In this document: positions 53,383-61,930 of the stretch, one piece after another | Numbering within the stretch: the first letter of the stretch is position 1 | How the letters are laid out: each line of letters begins with the position of its first letter | NCBI GenBank assembly: GCA_043797615.1 | Contig: JAZDPK010000048.1 | Location: forward strand, 22 to 64,021 | Origin: Parcubacteria group bacterium | GTDB lineage: Bacteria; Patescibacteriota; Patescibacteriia; UBA11705; JABHMO01 | Direction of reading: 5' to 3' | DNA length: 64,000 bases | Position numbers and translations under genes: made by a program | Notes under the pieces: generated by a model | The model's input: only the letters and a program-made list of their open reading frames with translations | Told to the model about the DNA's origin: nothing | The model's database searches: none

Positions 53383-54606
53383 ATGAAGGTTCTATTGATC
53401 AACAAGTTCCATTATCTTAAGGGCGGCAGCGAACGCGTCTATCTGGAAACGAAAAAGCTGCTGGAGCAGAACGGCCACGAGGTGATTTGTTTCTCCATGA
53501 AAGACAAGCGCAATTTGCCGTGCGAACAGGAGAGATATTTTATTGAAAATTTCGATTTGACTACGCGAAAGCATTGGTTTAAAGCGTTCCACTATCTTTA
53601 TTACCGCAAGGCGGCGCGCCAATTGGAACAATTGATTGTCGCGGAAAAGCCGGACATCGCGCATCTGCACAATATAACGCATCATTTGACCCCGTCCATT
53701 TTAAAGCCGCTGAAAAAGCACGGCATTCCGATCGTCCACACTCTGCACGATTACAGCCTGATCTGCCCGAATTACCGCTTGTTCACGCAGGGAAAAGTCT
53801 GCGAACGCTGTTATAAACATAAATATTATCAAGCCATGTTCCATAAATGTGTGCGAAACGAGTTTTTACCGAGTGTTTTGGCGGCGATGGAATTAAAGTT
53901 GCAATGGCTGTTCAAATATTACAAAGAAAAAGTGGATTTATTCATCTCGCCGAGCGAGTTTCTTAAATCAAAATTGGCTGAGTGGGGAGTGAAGCAGCCG
54001 ATCGAAGTGATAAATAATTTTTTGGAAATAGAAAAATTCGAGCCGGATTACACTCCGGGCGATTATGTCGTGTGCGCCAGCCGATTGAGCAATGAAAAAG
54101 GCGTGATGACGCTGGTTAAAGCAATGGAAAAACTTCCGGAGATTAAGTTGAAATTGATCGGCGAAGGCCCGCAAAAAAATGAAATTGAAAATTACATCGC
54201 TAAGCATAAAATCAAAAACATCGAGATGCTCGGCGCCAAATACGGCAGCGAATTGTTCGATCTGATAAAAAAATCGCGCTTCTTCGTCATTCCGTCCGAT
54301 TGGTACGAGAATTATCCGCTGTTTCCGATCGAAGCCCTGGCCCTCGGCAAGCCGGTTTTGGCCGCGAAAATCGGCGGACTGGCGGAAATAGTCGCGGAAA
54401 ACCGCAACGGCTGGTTTTACAAACCTGGAGACGCCAAGGATTTGCGCGAGAAAATAAACGCGCATTATTCCGACTTGCAGGAAATCGTCTGTCTCGGACA
54501 GAACGCGAGGAAAACGGTTGAACAAATAAATTGTTCAAAAGTTTATTATGACAAGCTGATGAAGTGTTATGAAAGGCTTTTGGATCAGAAGATGAAGATG
54601 GGGTAG
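53383..54606 (+). CDS. glycosyltransferase, GT4 family
   Basis: 407 aa. LINKFHYLKGGSERVY at the N-terminus. FVIPSDWYENYPLFPIEALALGKPVLAAKIGGLAEIV. Confidence 0.85.
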   Translation: MKVLLINKFHYLKGGSERVYLETKKLLEQNGHEVICFSMKDKRNLPCEQERYFIENFDLTTRKHWFKAFHYLYYRKAARQLEQLIVAEKPDIAHLHNITHHLTPSILKPLKKHGIPIVHTLHDYSLICPNYRLFTQGKVCERCYKHKYYQAMFHKCVRNEFLPSVLAAMELKLQWLFKYYKEKVDLFISPSEFLKSKLAEWGVKQPIEVINNFLEIEKFEPDYTPGDYVVCASRLSNEKGVMTLVKAMEKLPEIKLKLIGEGPQKNEIENYIAKHKIKNIEMLGAKYGSELFDLIKKSRFFVIPSDWYENYPLFPIEALALGKPVLAAKIGGLAEIVAENRNGWFYKPGDAKDLREKINAHYSDLQEIVCLGQNARKTVEQINCSKVYYDKLMKCYERLLDQKMKMG

Positions 54607-54607
54607 G

Positions 54608-54660
54608 GAAAGTTGATAGGTTTATTGGTTTATCCCGAAGGGATCCCTTTGGGATTTGCT
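54608..54660. repeat. gttgata-word element, copy 3, core in inverted orientation
   Basis: gaaagttgataggtttattggtttatcccgaagggatccctttgggatttgct. The core approximates the reverse complement of the core in copies 1 and 2, while the gaaagttgata flank keeps its orientation. Confidence 0.65.
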
Positions 54661-54737
54661 GATCATTGTGTTATTTGGATTTTGGGCTTTGAGTTTGTTT
54701 AGTATTTAGTTATTAGAATTTAGAGTTTAAATTTTTT

Positions 54738-56789
54738 GTGCATTTAATTAAAAATACAATTAAGAGAAGAAAGCCGATTATTTTCATTTTAGCTTTTTTT
54801 TTAATGTTATTCGTTTTAATGCCGGCTGTTTGCGCCATTACGATGACGAGCGGTTATCCGAAGCTGGCGAACTTGTATTTCAACTGGTCGATCGGCGCGG
54901 ACGACGCCAATGCCCTTGCCCGCTATGACATTCTCATAATCGACATGGAGGCGCAGGTTTACTCGCCGCAGAATTTGCAATTGCTGAAAAAGCTGAATCC
55001 GGATATAAAATTAGTCGCCTATCTTGCGGCCGAAGAAATCCGCGGCGATTCCGGATCGCTTAGCGGCACCATGCGCCAGCGCCTGTTTAATAAAATCCAG
55101 GGCGGCTGGTGGCTGCGCGATTTCGCCGGCAAGAAAATCGAATGGTGGCCCGGCAATCCGATGATCAACATCACCGACCAAACCGTTTTGAACAACGGCC
55201 AGAATTGGGGCGATGTGCTGTCGCAATTCGTGAAAAACGATCTGCTGGCGACCGGATATTGGGACGGCGTGTTTTTCGACAACAGCTGGGAGAATCTTGA
55301 TTTCATGAAAAGCGATAATATCGATTTGAACAATGACGGCCGATCAGAATCAATGGATTTCATAAACGCCAAATGGCAGCTCGGCATGGAGGATTTGCTC
55401 TGGAAAACCAGAAATCTGCTGGGAAGCGAATATTTGATTCTCGGCAACGGCGGCGATTCATATCATGATTATTTGAACGGCGTTCTTTACGAGCATTTCA
55501 CCGGCCGCGATTGGGCGAGCCTGATGCAGAAATACAAGCAGATCGCGCTTAGCGGTTTTTATCCGGCGATCGGAATATTAAACAGCACGACGGCCGCATT
55601 GAACCGGAGCGACGACTACAAAACAATGCGCTACGGCCTGGCCAGCGCGCTGCTCGGCGACGGCTACAGCAGCTTTGACAACGGAGCGGCCAGCCATTCG
55701 GAAATATGGTGGTACGACGAATACGAGACATCGCTCGGCAAGCCGGCCGGAGAAGCGTTCAACGTTTTCGACAGCGGCAAAGCGTTCAAGCCCGGCGTGT
55801 GGCGCCGCGATTTCACGAACGGATTGGTGCTTGTCAATTCGTCAAACGAAAGCCGAGACGTTGACCTTGGCGCTGACTATGAAAAAATCCAAGGCACGCA
55901 GGACGCGGGAATAAACGACGGCTCGATCGCGTCGGAAGTGAGCCTGGCGTCGAAAGACGGCATTATCCTGCTCCGCACGCTTGATAAGATCGCGGGCGCG
56001 GTCTACATGAACGGCTCGTTCGCCCGCGTGTTCAACCGCTTCGGACACGTGGCCAGATCCGGATTTTTTTCCTACAACGACAAATTCCGCGGCGGCAGCC
56101 AAGTGATCGAGCGCGACATCAATAATGACGATGCGATAGAATTCATCTCGGCCGAAGGCAATCGCGTGGATGTCTACGATTCCATTGGAAATAAAATACA
56201 AACTTTTTTTCCGTACACTGAAAAATTTAAAAATAAAATAAATATCGCCGTCGGTGACCTTGATAACGACGGCCAACTGGAAATAGTGACCGGCGCGGCG
56301 GACGGCGGGCCGCAAATTATGATTTTCAACAATCAGGGCAGGCAGATCGGGAAAAGCTTTTTCGCGTTCGATAAGAATTCGCGCGGCGGCGCGAGCGTGG
56401 CGCTCGGCGACGTTGACGGCGACGGCTTATTGGAAATTATTGCCGGAGCCGGAGTCCGCAACGCGCCTGAAACGCGCGTATTCAATCGCGACAAAAAGTT
56501 GATTTCAAAATTTTTAGCGTATGACAAGAATTTCCGCGGCGGCGTGAACCTGGCGGCCGGCGACATTAATGCGGACGGCATTGACGAAATTATCACCGGC
56601 GCGGGCAAGGGAGGCGGGCCGCACGTGCGCGTTTTCGATAAAAACGGAAAATCGGCCGGGCCGTCGTTTTTCGCGTTTGACAAATCGCTGCGGTCCGGAG
56701 TCAAAGTAACGGCGGCGGACCTGGATAATGATGGCTTATTCGAGATTATTGCGACAACATCTGACGTGTTTACTCTTGCAGGGCTATAG
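54738..56789 (+). CDS. glycoside-hydrolase-like TIM-barrel domain + FG-GAP/VCBS repeat protein
   Basis: 683 aa, GTG start, signal/TM at the N-terminus. YDILIIDMEAQ...LVAYLAAEEI resembles GHL-type domains. The C-terminal half has repeats DLDNDGQLEIVTGA, DVDGDGLLEIIAGA, DINADGIDEIITGA, DLDNDGLFEIIAT. Confidence 0.65.
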   Translation: MHLIKNTIKRRKPIIFILAFFLMLFVLMPAVCAITMTSGYPKLANLYFNWSIGADDANALARYDILIIDMEAQVYSPQNLQLLKKLNPDIKLVAYLAAEEIRGDSGSLSGTMRQRLFNKIQGGWWLRDFAGKKIEWWPGNPMINITDQTVLNNGQNWGDVLSQFVKNDLLATGYWDGVFFDNSWENLDFMKSDNIDLNNDGRSESMDFINAKWQLGMEDLLWKTRNLLGSEYLILGNGGDSYHDYLNGVLYEHFTGRDWASLMQKYKQIALSGFYPAIGILNSTTAALNRSDDYKTMRYGLASALLGDGYSSFDNGAASHSEIWWYDEYETSLGKPAGEAFNVFDSGKAFKPGVWRRDFTNGLVLVNSSNESRDVDLGADYEKIQGTQDAGINDGSIASEVSLASKDGIILLRTLDKIAGAVYMNGSFARVFNRFGHVARSGFFSYNDKFRGGSQVIERDINNDDAIEFISAEGNRVDVYDSIGNKIQTFFPYTEKFKNKINIAVGDLDNDGQLEIVTGAADGGPQIMIFNNQGRQIGKSFFAFDKNSRGGASVALGDVDGDGLLEIIAGAGVRNAPETRVFNRDKKLISKFLAYDKNFRGGVNLAAGDINADGIDEIITGAGKGGGPHVRVFDKNGKSAGPSFFAFDKSLRSGVKVTAADLDNDGLFEIIATTSDVFTLAGL

Positions 56790-56850
56790 TCGACGCAAAA
56801 ATACGCGAAAGGGAAACGCAAAACCTCGCTAAACCATTCAGATTATAAAT

Positions 56851-57246
56851 ATGAGCGACAAATTGCTTTATAAAGAAGAGTCATTCATTATACAGGGCGC
56901 GTTTTTTCGAGTCTATGAAACTTTCCGAAATTCGCAGAAAGAAAATGTTTGCCATAATGCATTGATTGAAGATTTGAAGCAGGCGGGACTCAAAGTTGAA
57001 AAGAACAAGCGGATAGAAATTTATTACAACGGTAAAAAAGTCGGTACATACGTTCCGGATTTAATAGTTAATGAAATAATACTCATTGAATTGAAATGCA
57101 AACCGTTCATCCATAAGGACGATCAAAAGCAGTTCTGGTATTATTTAAAAAATTCTAAATATAAAGTTGGATATCTTGTTAACTTCGGCAAACCAAACGG
57201 CGTGGAATTTATTAGGCGCGTATATGATACAGCCCGAATAGTTTAG
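56851..57246 (+). CDS. GxxExxY-family (PD-(D/E)xK-like) protein
   Basis: 131 aa. ESFIIQGAFFRVYETF...HNALIEDLKQAGLKVEKNKRIEIYYNGKKVGTYVPDLIVNEIILIELKCK matches the family layout. Confidence 0.75.
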   Translation: MSDKLLYKEESFIIQGAFFRVYETFRNSQKENVCHNALIEDLKQAGLKVEKNKRIEIYYNGKKVGTYVPDLIVNEIILIELKCKPFIHKDDQKQFWYYLKNSKYKVGYLVNFGKPNGVEFIRRVYDTARIV

Positions 57247-57290
57247 CGTTTTTTTGCGTTTGTATTTTGCGTTGTTTAGCGTTTAAACAT

Positions 57291-59135
57291 ATGAATCAAA
57301 ATAATTTCACCATCAGACCGACCGACGACGTCGAGAAAATCGAGGAGGAGATCATCGAGGCCGCGGACAAGGCCGGCAGGAAAAACGTGATCGTCAACAT
57401 TTTTTCGTTTCCGGCAAAAAGGCTGAAGCGGCGCTGGCACGTCAGATACAAATTCAATAAAAAACATCTGGTGATGGATATTCTTATCGCCGTCGGGATT
57501 TTGGTTTTGATCGGTTTGAACATTTTCTGGGCGTACGGCGGGTTCCATTATTTCATCAATAATTTGAACGTCGTTGTTTCTTCGGCGAAAACAGAATGCC
57601 AGAGCGGCGAATCGGCCGCGTTCACGGTCAATTACGCCAACAACAACAGCTATAAAATCGAAGAAGCGGTTTTAAGCGTGCGCTGGCCGAAGAATTTCCA
57701 AGTGGAAAAAGTTTCCGCCCTGAATTTCAATTTGAGCGACAATACCGTTGATCTCGGCAGTCTGAAAGCCGGCGCCAACGGCGGATTTACGGCGAGCGGC
57801 CGGGTGATCGGCGATTTGAACGAGGAGCAGATTTTAATGGTAAACATCAATTATTACAAAACCGGCAAGACCGGCGTGCGCCTGATCGGCCAATTCGAGA
57901 ACAATAGCAGTTTCAAATACAAAATTACCGGCAGTTATTTGTCCGTTCAAAACGATTTGCCGGAACGCTTGGCGAATCAGGAAAAATGGCCGTGGACGAT
58001 TAAAATAAAAAACACCAGCGCGGACATTACTTATGAAAAAATCGTTGTTGTTCCGAACGTTGACAATGAACTTGTCGCCGATAAAAATGAGTACACGATT
58101 GAGAATTTGGCGCCGGGGAAAGAGGCGAGCGTCATTATCAATGGAAAATTAATCACGGAGAAAACAAGTAAATCGCTCGGCTTTAAAGTCTATTGGCAAA
58201 AAGGGGACTGGAAATTATTGCAAGCCGATTTTCAAAAAGAAACGCCGGTTTTGCAGCCGAATTTTCAGCTTAGCCACAGTTTTGGCAAAACCGGATCAAT
58301 TAACCCTGGCGAGTGGGTTGATTTAACCATGGATTATAATAACGCCGGCGATTACACTTTGGAAAACGCGGAATTGAGTTTAAATTTAACCGGAGAGTAC
58401 TGGGATTTGAGCCAAGTGAAAAAAGAAACCGGCCGCGTTGTCGGCAACAAAATCGTTTGGAATTTCAGCGATCTGCCGCGCTTGGCTTTGATCCAGCCGC
58501 GCGAAAAAGGCCAGATAAAATTGAGCGTCAAAACCAAAGAATTCGTGGCCAACAGCCAGGCGCTGAATCTGGCCAGTTCGACTTCGGCGAAATACAAGAT
58601 CGGCGGCCAAGCCGTTGAAATGATCGGCGATGAAATAAATTCGCGCTTGAACAGCAATTTGTCGGCCAGCGTTTATCCGATGTATTTCGCGCTGACCGGC
58701 GATCAGCTGGGGCGCGGACCATTGCCGCCCCGCGTTGGCAAAGAAACGAAGTATTGGATTTTCGTTAAATTGATTAACGACATAAGCGCCGTGAAAAACG
58801 TTTCCGTTAAAATCGGACTGCCGGCGAACGTCGTGGCCACCGGCCTGACCAGCGTGCCGGTCGGCGATCCGATCCAATTTGACAATAATAAAAGAGAATT
58901 TGTCTGGCAGATCAGCGAAGTTCCGGTCAAGCCGGCGAACATCGGCTTTGCATTCGAAGCGGGCATCATTCCGACGCTTTTGCAAGCCGGAACTTATCCG
59001 GCCTTGATCGACAGCATAATCGTTTCCGGTTACGACAGCGCTACCGGCGACAAAATCGAGAAATCATTCGGCGGCGTGACGACGAACCTGAACCATGATC
59101 CGAAAGGAAAATTGAAAGACGGAGCGGCTCGTTAA
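57291..59135 (+). CDS. large membrane-anchored extracellular protein, hypothetical
   Basis: ORF 57267 (TTG)..59135 trimmed to the ATG at 57291. One TM helix (LVMDILIAVGILVLIGLNIFWAY), then about 520 aa rich in beta-type sequence. Confidence 0.65.
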   Translation: MNQNNFTIRPTDDVEKIEEEIIEAADKAGRKNVIVNIFSFPAKRLKRRWHVRYKFNKKHLVMDILIAVGILVLIGLNIFWAYGGFHYFINNLNVVVSSAKTECQSGESAAFTVNYANNNSYKIEEAVLSVRWPKNFQVEKVSALNFNLSDNTVDLGSLKAGANGGFTASGRVIGDLNEEQILMVNINYYKTGKTGVRLIGQFENNSSFKYKITGSYLSVQNDLPERLANQEKWPWTIKIKNTSADITYEKIVVVPNVDNELVADKNEYTIENLAPGKEASVIINGKLITEKTSKSLGFKVYWQKGDWKLLQADFQKETPVLQPNFQLSHSFGKTGSINPGEWVDLTMDYNNAGDYTLENAELSLNLTGEYWDLSQVKKETGRVVGNKIVWNFSDLPRLALIQPREKGQIKLSVKTKEFVANSQALNLASSTSAKYKIGGQAVEMIGDEINSRLNSNLSASVYPMYFALTGDQLGRGPLPPRVGKETKYWIFVKLINDISAVKNVSVKIGLPANVVATGLTSVPVGDPIQFDNNKREFVWQISEVPVKPANIGFAFEAGIIPTLLQAGTYPALIDSIIVSGYDSATGDKIEKSFGGVTTNLNHDPKGKLKDGAAR

Positions 59136-59216
59136 TCCTAAAAGCAACAAATCCTACGGCAAAAATACAGATAAAATCCGGATCAATATCCTTTGATTCG
59201 GATTTTTCATTCCATC

Positions 59217-59244
59217 TTGACATTCGTTTTCATATTGCTATAAT
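59217..59244 (+). promoter_or_regulatory. sigma70-like promoter candidate
   Basis: TTGACA (59217-59222), 16 nt, TATAAT (59239-59244), upstream of the 59305 gene. Confidence 0.55.
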
Positions 59245-59304
59245 TGCATATCATCATTGTTCATTGATCAAATAAACCCATAAAACACAGAAGGAGGTGC
59301 GGAA

Positions 59305-60054
59305 ATGGCGTTTTCAAAGTTGAAAAAGGAGTTGAAGGAGCTGGTGTCGGCGGAAGACGTTCCACTCGGCGATTTGTCTTTCGCGATTCTGGGCGTCATC
59401 GGCAAGGCCGGTTCGGAAGCCGAAGAGCGGGAGCTTGTGCAGTTTGTCATTGAAAATTTCTGGCTGCTGACATCGAGCCGCAAGATTGAACTCGAAACAG
59501 CGCTCAGCCGGCAAGAATTCAATCGAATCGTTGAATCGCTGAGCCAATACAATTTGCTTGAGGACTTGTTCGTTATTTTTCAAAAAAACAACAATACGCC
59601 TCAAGACACGGCCAAGGCTTTCGTTGAATATTTGAGAAAGTTCAACAAAAAAGAATGCTCGGTGATTTTGACCGTCGCGGCTTCATCTTTTCTTCCTTAT
59701 GTTTACTTTCCCAATTTGCCCGAGCAAGTTGATCATCAACAGCTCTCTGCGATATTGAACAGGTATCATCGGCAATTCGTGATGATAGAGAGAATGTTGA
59801 AGCAGGAAAGTTGGTGCTCGCAGAGAAAAGTCGCGAAAATATTGAGAGTGATTGAAAGCCTGACGGATCCGCAGGCAAAGGTCCTGGCTTTTACGTATGC
59901 GATGAGCGCAACGCAGAAAATGAGCGCGCCGGTGCAGATCATCCCGATTATCGATCCGCGCGCGCTGCAGAACGCGATGTTTTCCAATCCGGCCGGCGCC
60001 GCCGATGTCGACGACGAGCCGCCGCCTCCCTTGGACAAAAACAAATTGATCTGA
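59305..60054 (+). CDS. hypothetical protein
   Basis: 249-aa ORF with RBS gaaggaggt. No motif recognised. Confidence 0.65.
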   Translation: MAFSKLKKELKELVSAEDVPLGDLSFAILGVIGKAGSEAEERELVQFVIENFWLLTSSRKIELETALSRQEFNRIVESLSQYNLLEDLFVIFQKNNNTPQDTAKAFVEYLRKFNKKECSVILTVAASSFLPYVYFPNLPEQVDHQQLSAILNRYHRQFVMIERMLKQESWCSQRKVAKILRVIESLTDPQAKVLAFTYAMSATQKMSAPVQIIPIIDPRALQNAMFSNPAGAADVDDEPPPPLDKNKLI

Positions 60055-60183
60055 TCAACCGATTCATCGGGCGCCAACGCTTTGGCGCCTTTTATTTTGG
60101 ACGTGGGAGGTGGGAAGTTGGAGGTTAGAAAAAATCGCAAATTAATCTTTCTCATTACCCACATCTCACATCCAATTTCCATT

Positions 60184-60210
60184 TTAGCAGTCTGCTTGAC
60201 AGAGTGCTAA
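60184..60210 (+). promoter_or_regulatory. CIRCE operator (HrcA binding site)
   Basis: TTAGCAGTC-N9-GAGTGCTAA, against the consensus TTAGCACTC-N9-GAGTGCTAA. Overlaps the -35 box of the hrcA promoter. Confidence 0.85.
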
Positions 60211-60225
60211 TTCGCTTGGTATAAT
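60196..60225 (+). promoter_or_regulatory. sigma70-like promoter of hrcA-grpE-dnaK
   Basis: TTGACA (60196-60201), 18 nt, TATAAT (60220-60225). Confidence 0.6.
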
Positions 60226-60260
60226 GCATTTGCCCAATTTTTTTCTCGTTACTTTTCCTT

Positions 60261-60953
60261 ATGAATCCCCGCCAGCAAAAGCTGATCAAATCAATCATCG
60301 AGAATTACATCAAGACCTGCCAGCCCATCGCGTCGGGTTTTTTGGTCGGCAAAGTGGCGGAGCATTTGAGCCCGGCAACCGTTAGAAACGAAATGGCGAC
60401 GCTGGAAAAGGAAGGCTACATTTTCCAGCCGCACACTTCGGCCGGCCGCATTCCCACGGAAAAAGCGTATCGATTCTATGTTGACAATTATTTGAACAAC
60501 GAGCGCGAATTGACGGACAAGGAAAAGCAGATTTTGAACGAATTGCAAAAGCAGAATATCGAAGACCGGGAAAAAATCAAGAATTTCGCCAAGACGATCG
60601 CGCATCTGTCGAAGCAGGGCGTGATGGTGACTTTTTCCGAGTGCGACAATTATTATACCGGCGTGTCCAACATTTTCAGCCAGCCGGAATTCCAGGATTC
60701 GAATCTGGTGGTTAATCTTTCTTCGATTATCGATCATCTGGACAATAAGGTGATTGATCTGATCAATAAAAAAAGAACCGCGCCGGAAATCCTGATCGGC
60801 AAGCAGAATCCGATCGGCGGCGATTGCAGTTTGATCGTGTTCAATTATCAGATCGGCCAATATAAAGGAATCATCGGTTTGCTCGGGCCGATGCGGATGG
60901 AGTATCAGAAAAATTATACGTTGCTGAAGGAGAGCGTTAAGTTGCTTAAATAG
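60261..60953 (+). CDS. hrcA: heat-inducible transcription repressor HrcA (short form)
   Basis: 230 aa. N-terminal wHTH QPIASGFLVGK...SPATVRNEMATLEKEGYIFQPHTSAGRIPTEKAYRFYV and C-terminal GLLGPMRMEYQKN. Confidence 0.85.
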   Translation: MNPRQQKLIKSIIENYIKTCQPIASGFLVGKVAEHLSPATVRNEMATLEKEGYIFQPHTSAGRIPTEKAYRFYVDNYLNNERELTDKEKQILNELQKQNIEDREKIKNFAKTIAHLSKQGVMVTFSECDNYYTGVSNIFSQPEFQDSNLVVNLSSIIDHLDNKVIDLINKKRTAPEILIGKQNPIGGDCSLIVFNYQIGQYKGIIGLLGPMRMEYQKNYTLLKESVKLLK

Positions 60954-61075
60954 CAAGACTAGCCAGACAAGCGAGACCAGCAAGACAAGTCTCATGTGAA
61001 TAAATCCAAAATGTAACTCGTTTAGCTCGTCTTGCCTGTCTTGCTCGTTTTACTCAATAAATCTAAATTTATATT

Positions 61076-61645
61076 ATGCTAAAAAAAGACGATAAAACAA
61101 AACATGACAAGGAGTTCGAAGATCTGCGCGTCAAATGCGCCGAATACTTGGACGGCTGGAAGCGGGCGAGCGCGGACTATCAGAATTTGGTCAAGGAAAC
61201 CGCGAAAAGCAGGCGCGAATACGTGAATTACGCGAATGAAAATCTGATTTTGGAAATGCTGCCGATTCTTGACAATTTCAAACTCGCGTTTAACCAAATC
61301 CCTGAATCGGAAAAAAACAGCGCTTGGGTGGCCGGATTCCAGCATATCAAGAAGCAATTGGAGGAGTTGTTGAAAGGCAACGGCTGCGAAGAAATTAAGA
61401 CCGTGGGACATCTGTTCAATCCGCTTGAACACGAGGCGATTGAGCAAGTTAATACTGAAGCGCACGCGGACAATGCCGTTGTCCTTGAAAAGAGGCCGGG
61501 CTACAAGTTGAACAATAAAGTTGTTCAGGCGGCGAAGGTGGTTGTTAACATGAGAGACAAGGGGGACACGTGCGACGAGAGTGACAGGGGTGATATTGAG
61601 AATAAATTGCCAAAAGAAGAAAACGAGGATAAAAGCAAAACGTAG
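61076..61645 (+). CDS. grpE: nucleotide exchange factor GrpE
   Basis: 189 aa. ADYQNLVKETAKSRREYVNYANENLILEMLPILDNFKLAF, FNPLEHEAI, GYKLNNKVVQAAKVVV. Confidence 0.9.
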   Translation: MLKKDDKTKHDKEFEDLRVKCAEYLDGWKRASADYQNLVKETAKSRREYVNYANENLILEMLPILDNFKLAFNQIPESEKNSAWVAGFQHIKKQLEELLKGNGCEEIKTVGHLFNPLEHEAIEQVNTEAHADNAVVLEKRPGYKLNNKVVQAAKVVVNMRDKGDTCDESDRGDIENKLPKEENEDKSKT

Positions 61646-61930
61646 AAAGAGGATCGCTTGGTAAATAGAGCATTGAAGATTGCTTCGCTTCGCCTGCCTG
61701 CTCGCCTCCGCGAAGCGCTTCTCGCCGTCGCGTAGCCGCTATGGCGGAGCACGGCGGCGGAGCGGGGCCGGCCGGCAAGCTCGCAATGACATTCATTAGG
61801 TAAAGCCCGCGATTAAATCATTAAGGTAATAATAATCATAATAAATAATTGCTAGGTTATTAAGTCTATTGGTTAACTTGTCATTTGAACCAGTTAACCA
61901 GTGAACTAGTTAACCAGTAAACCAGATAAT

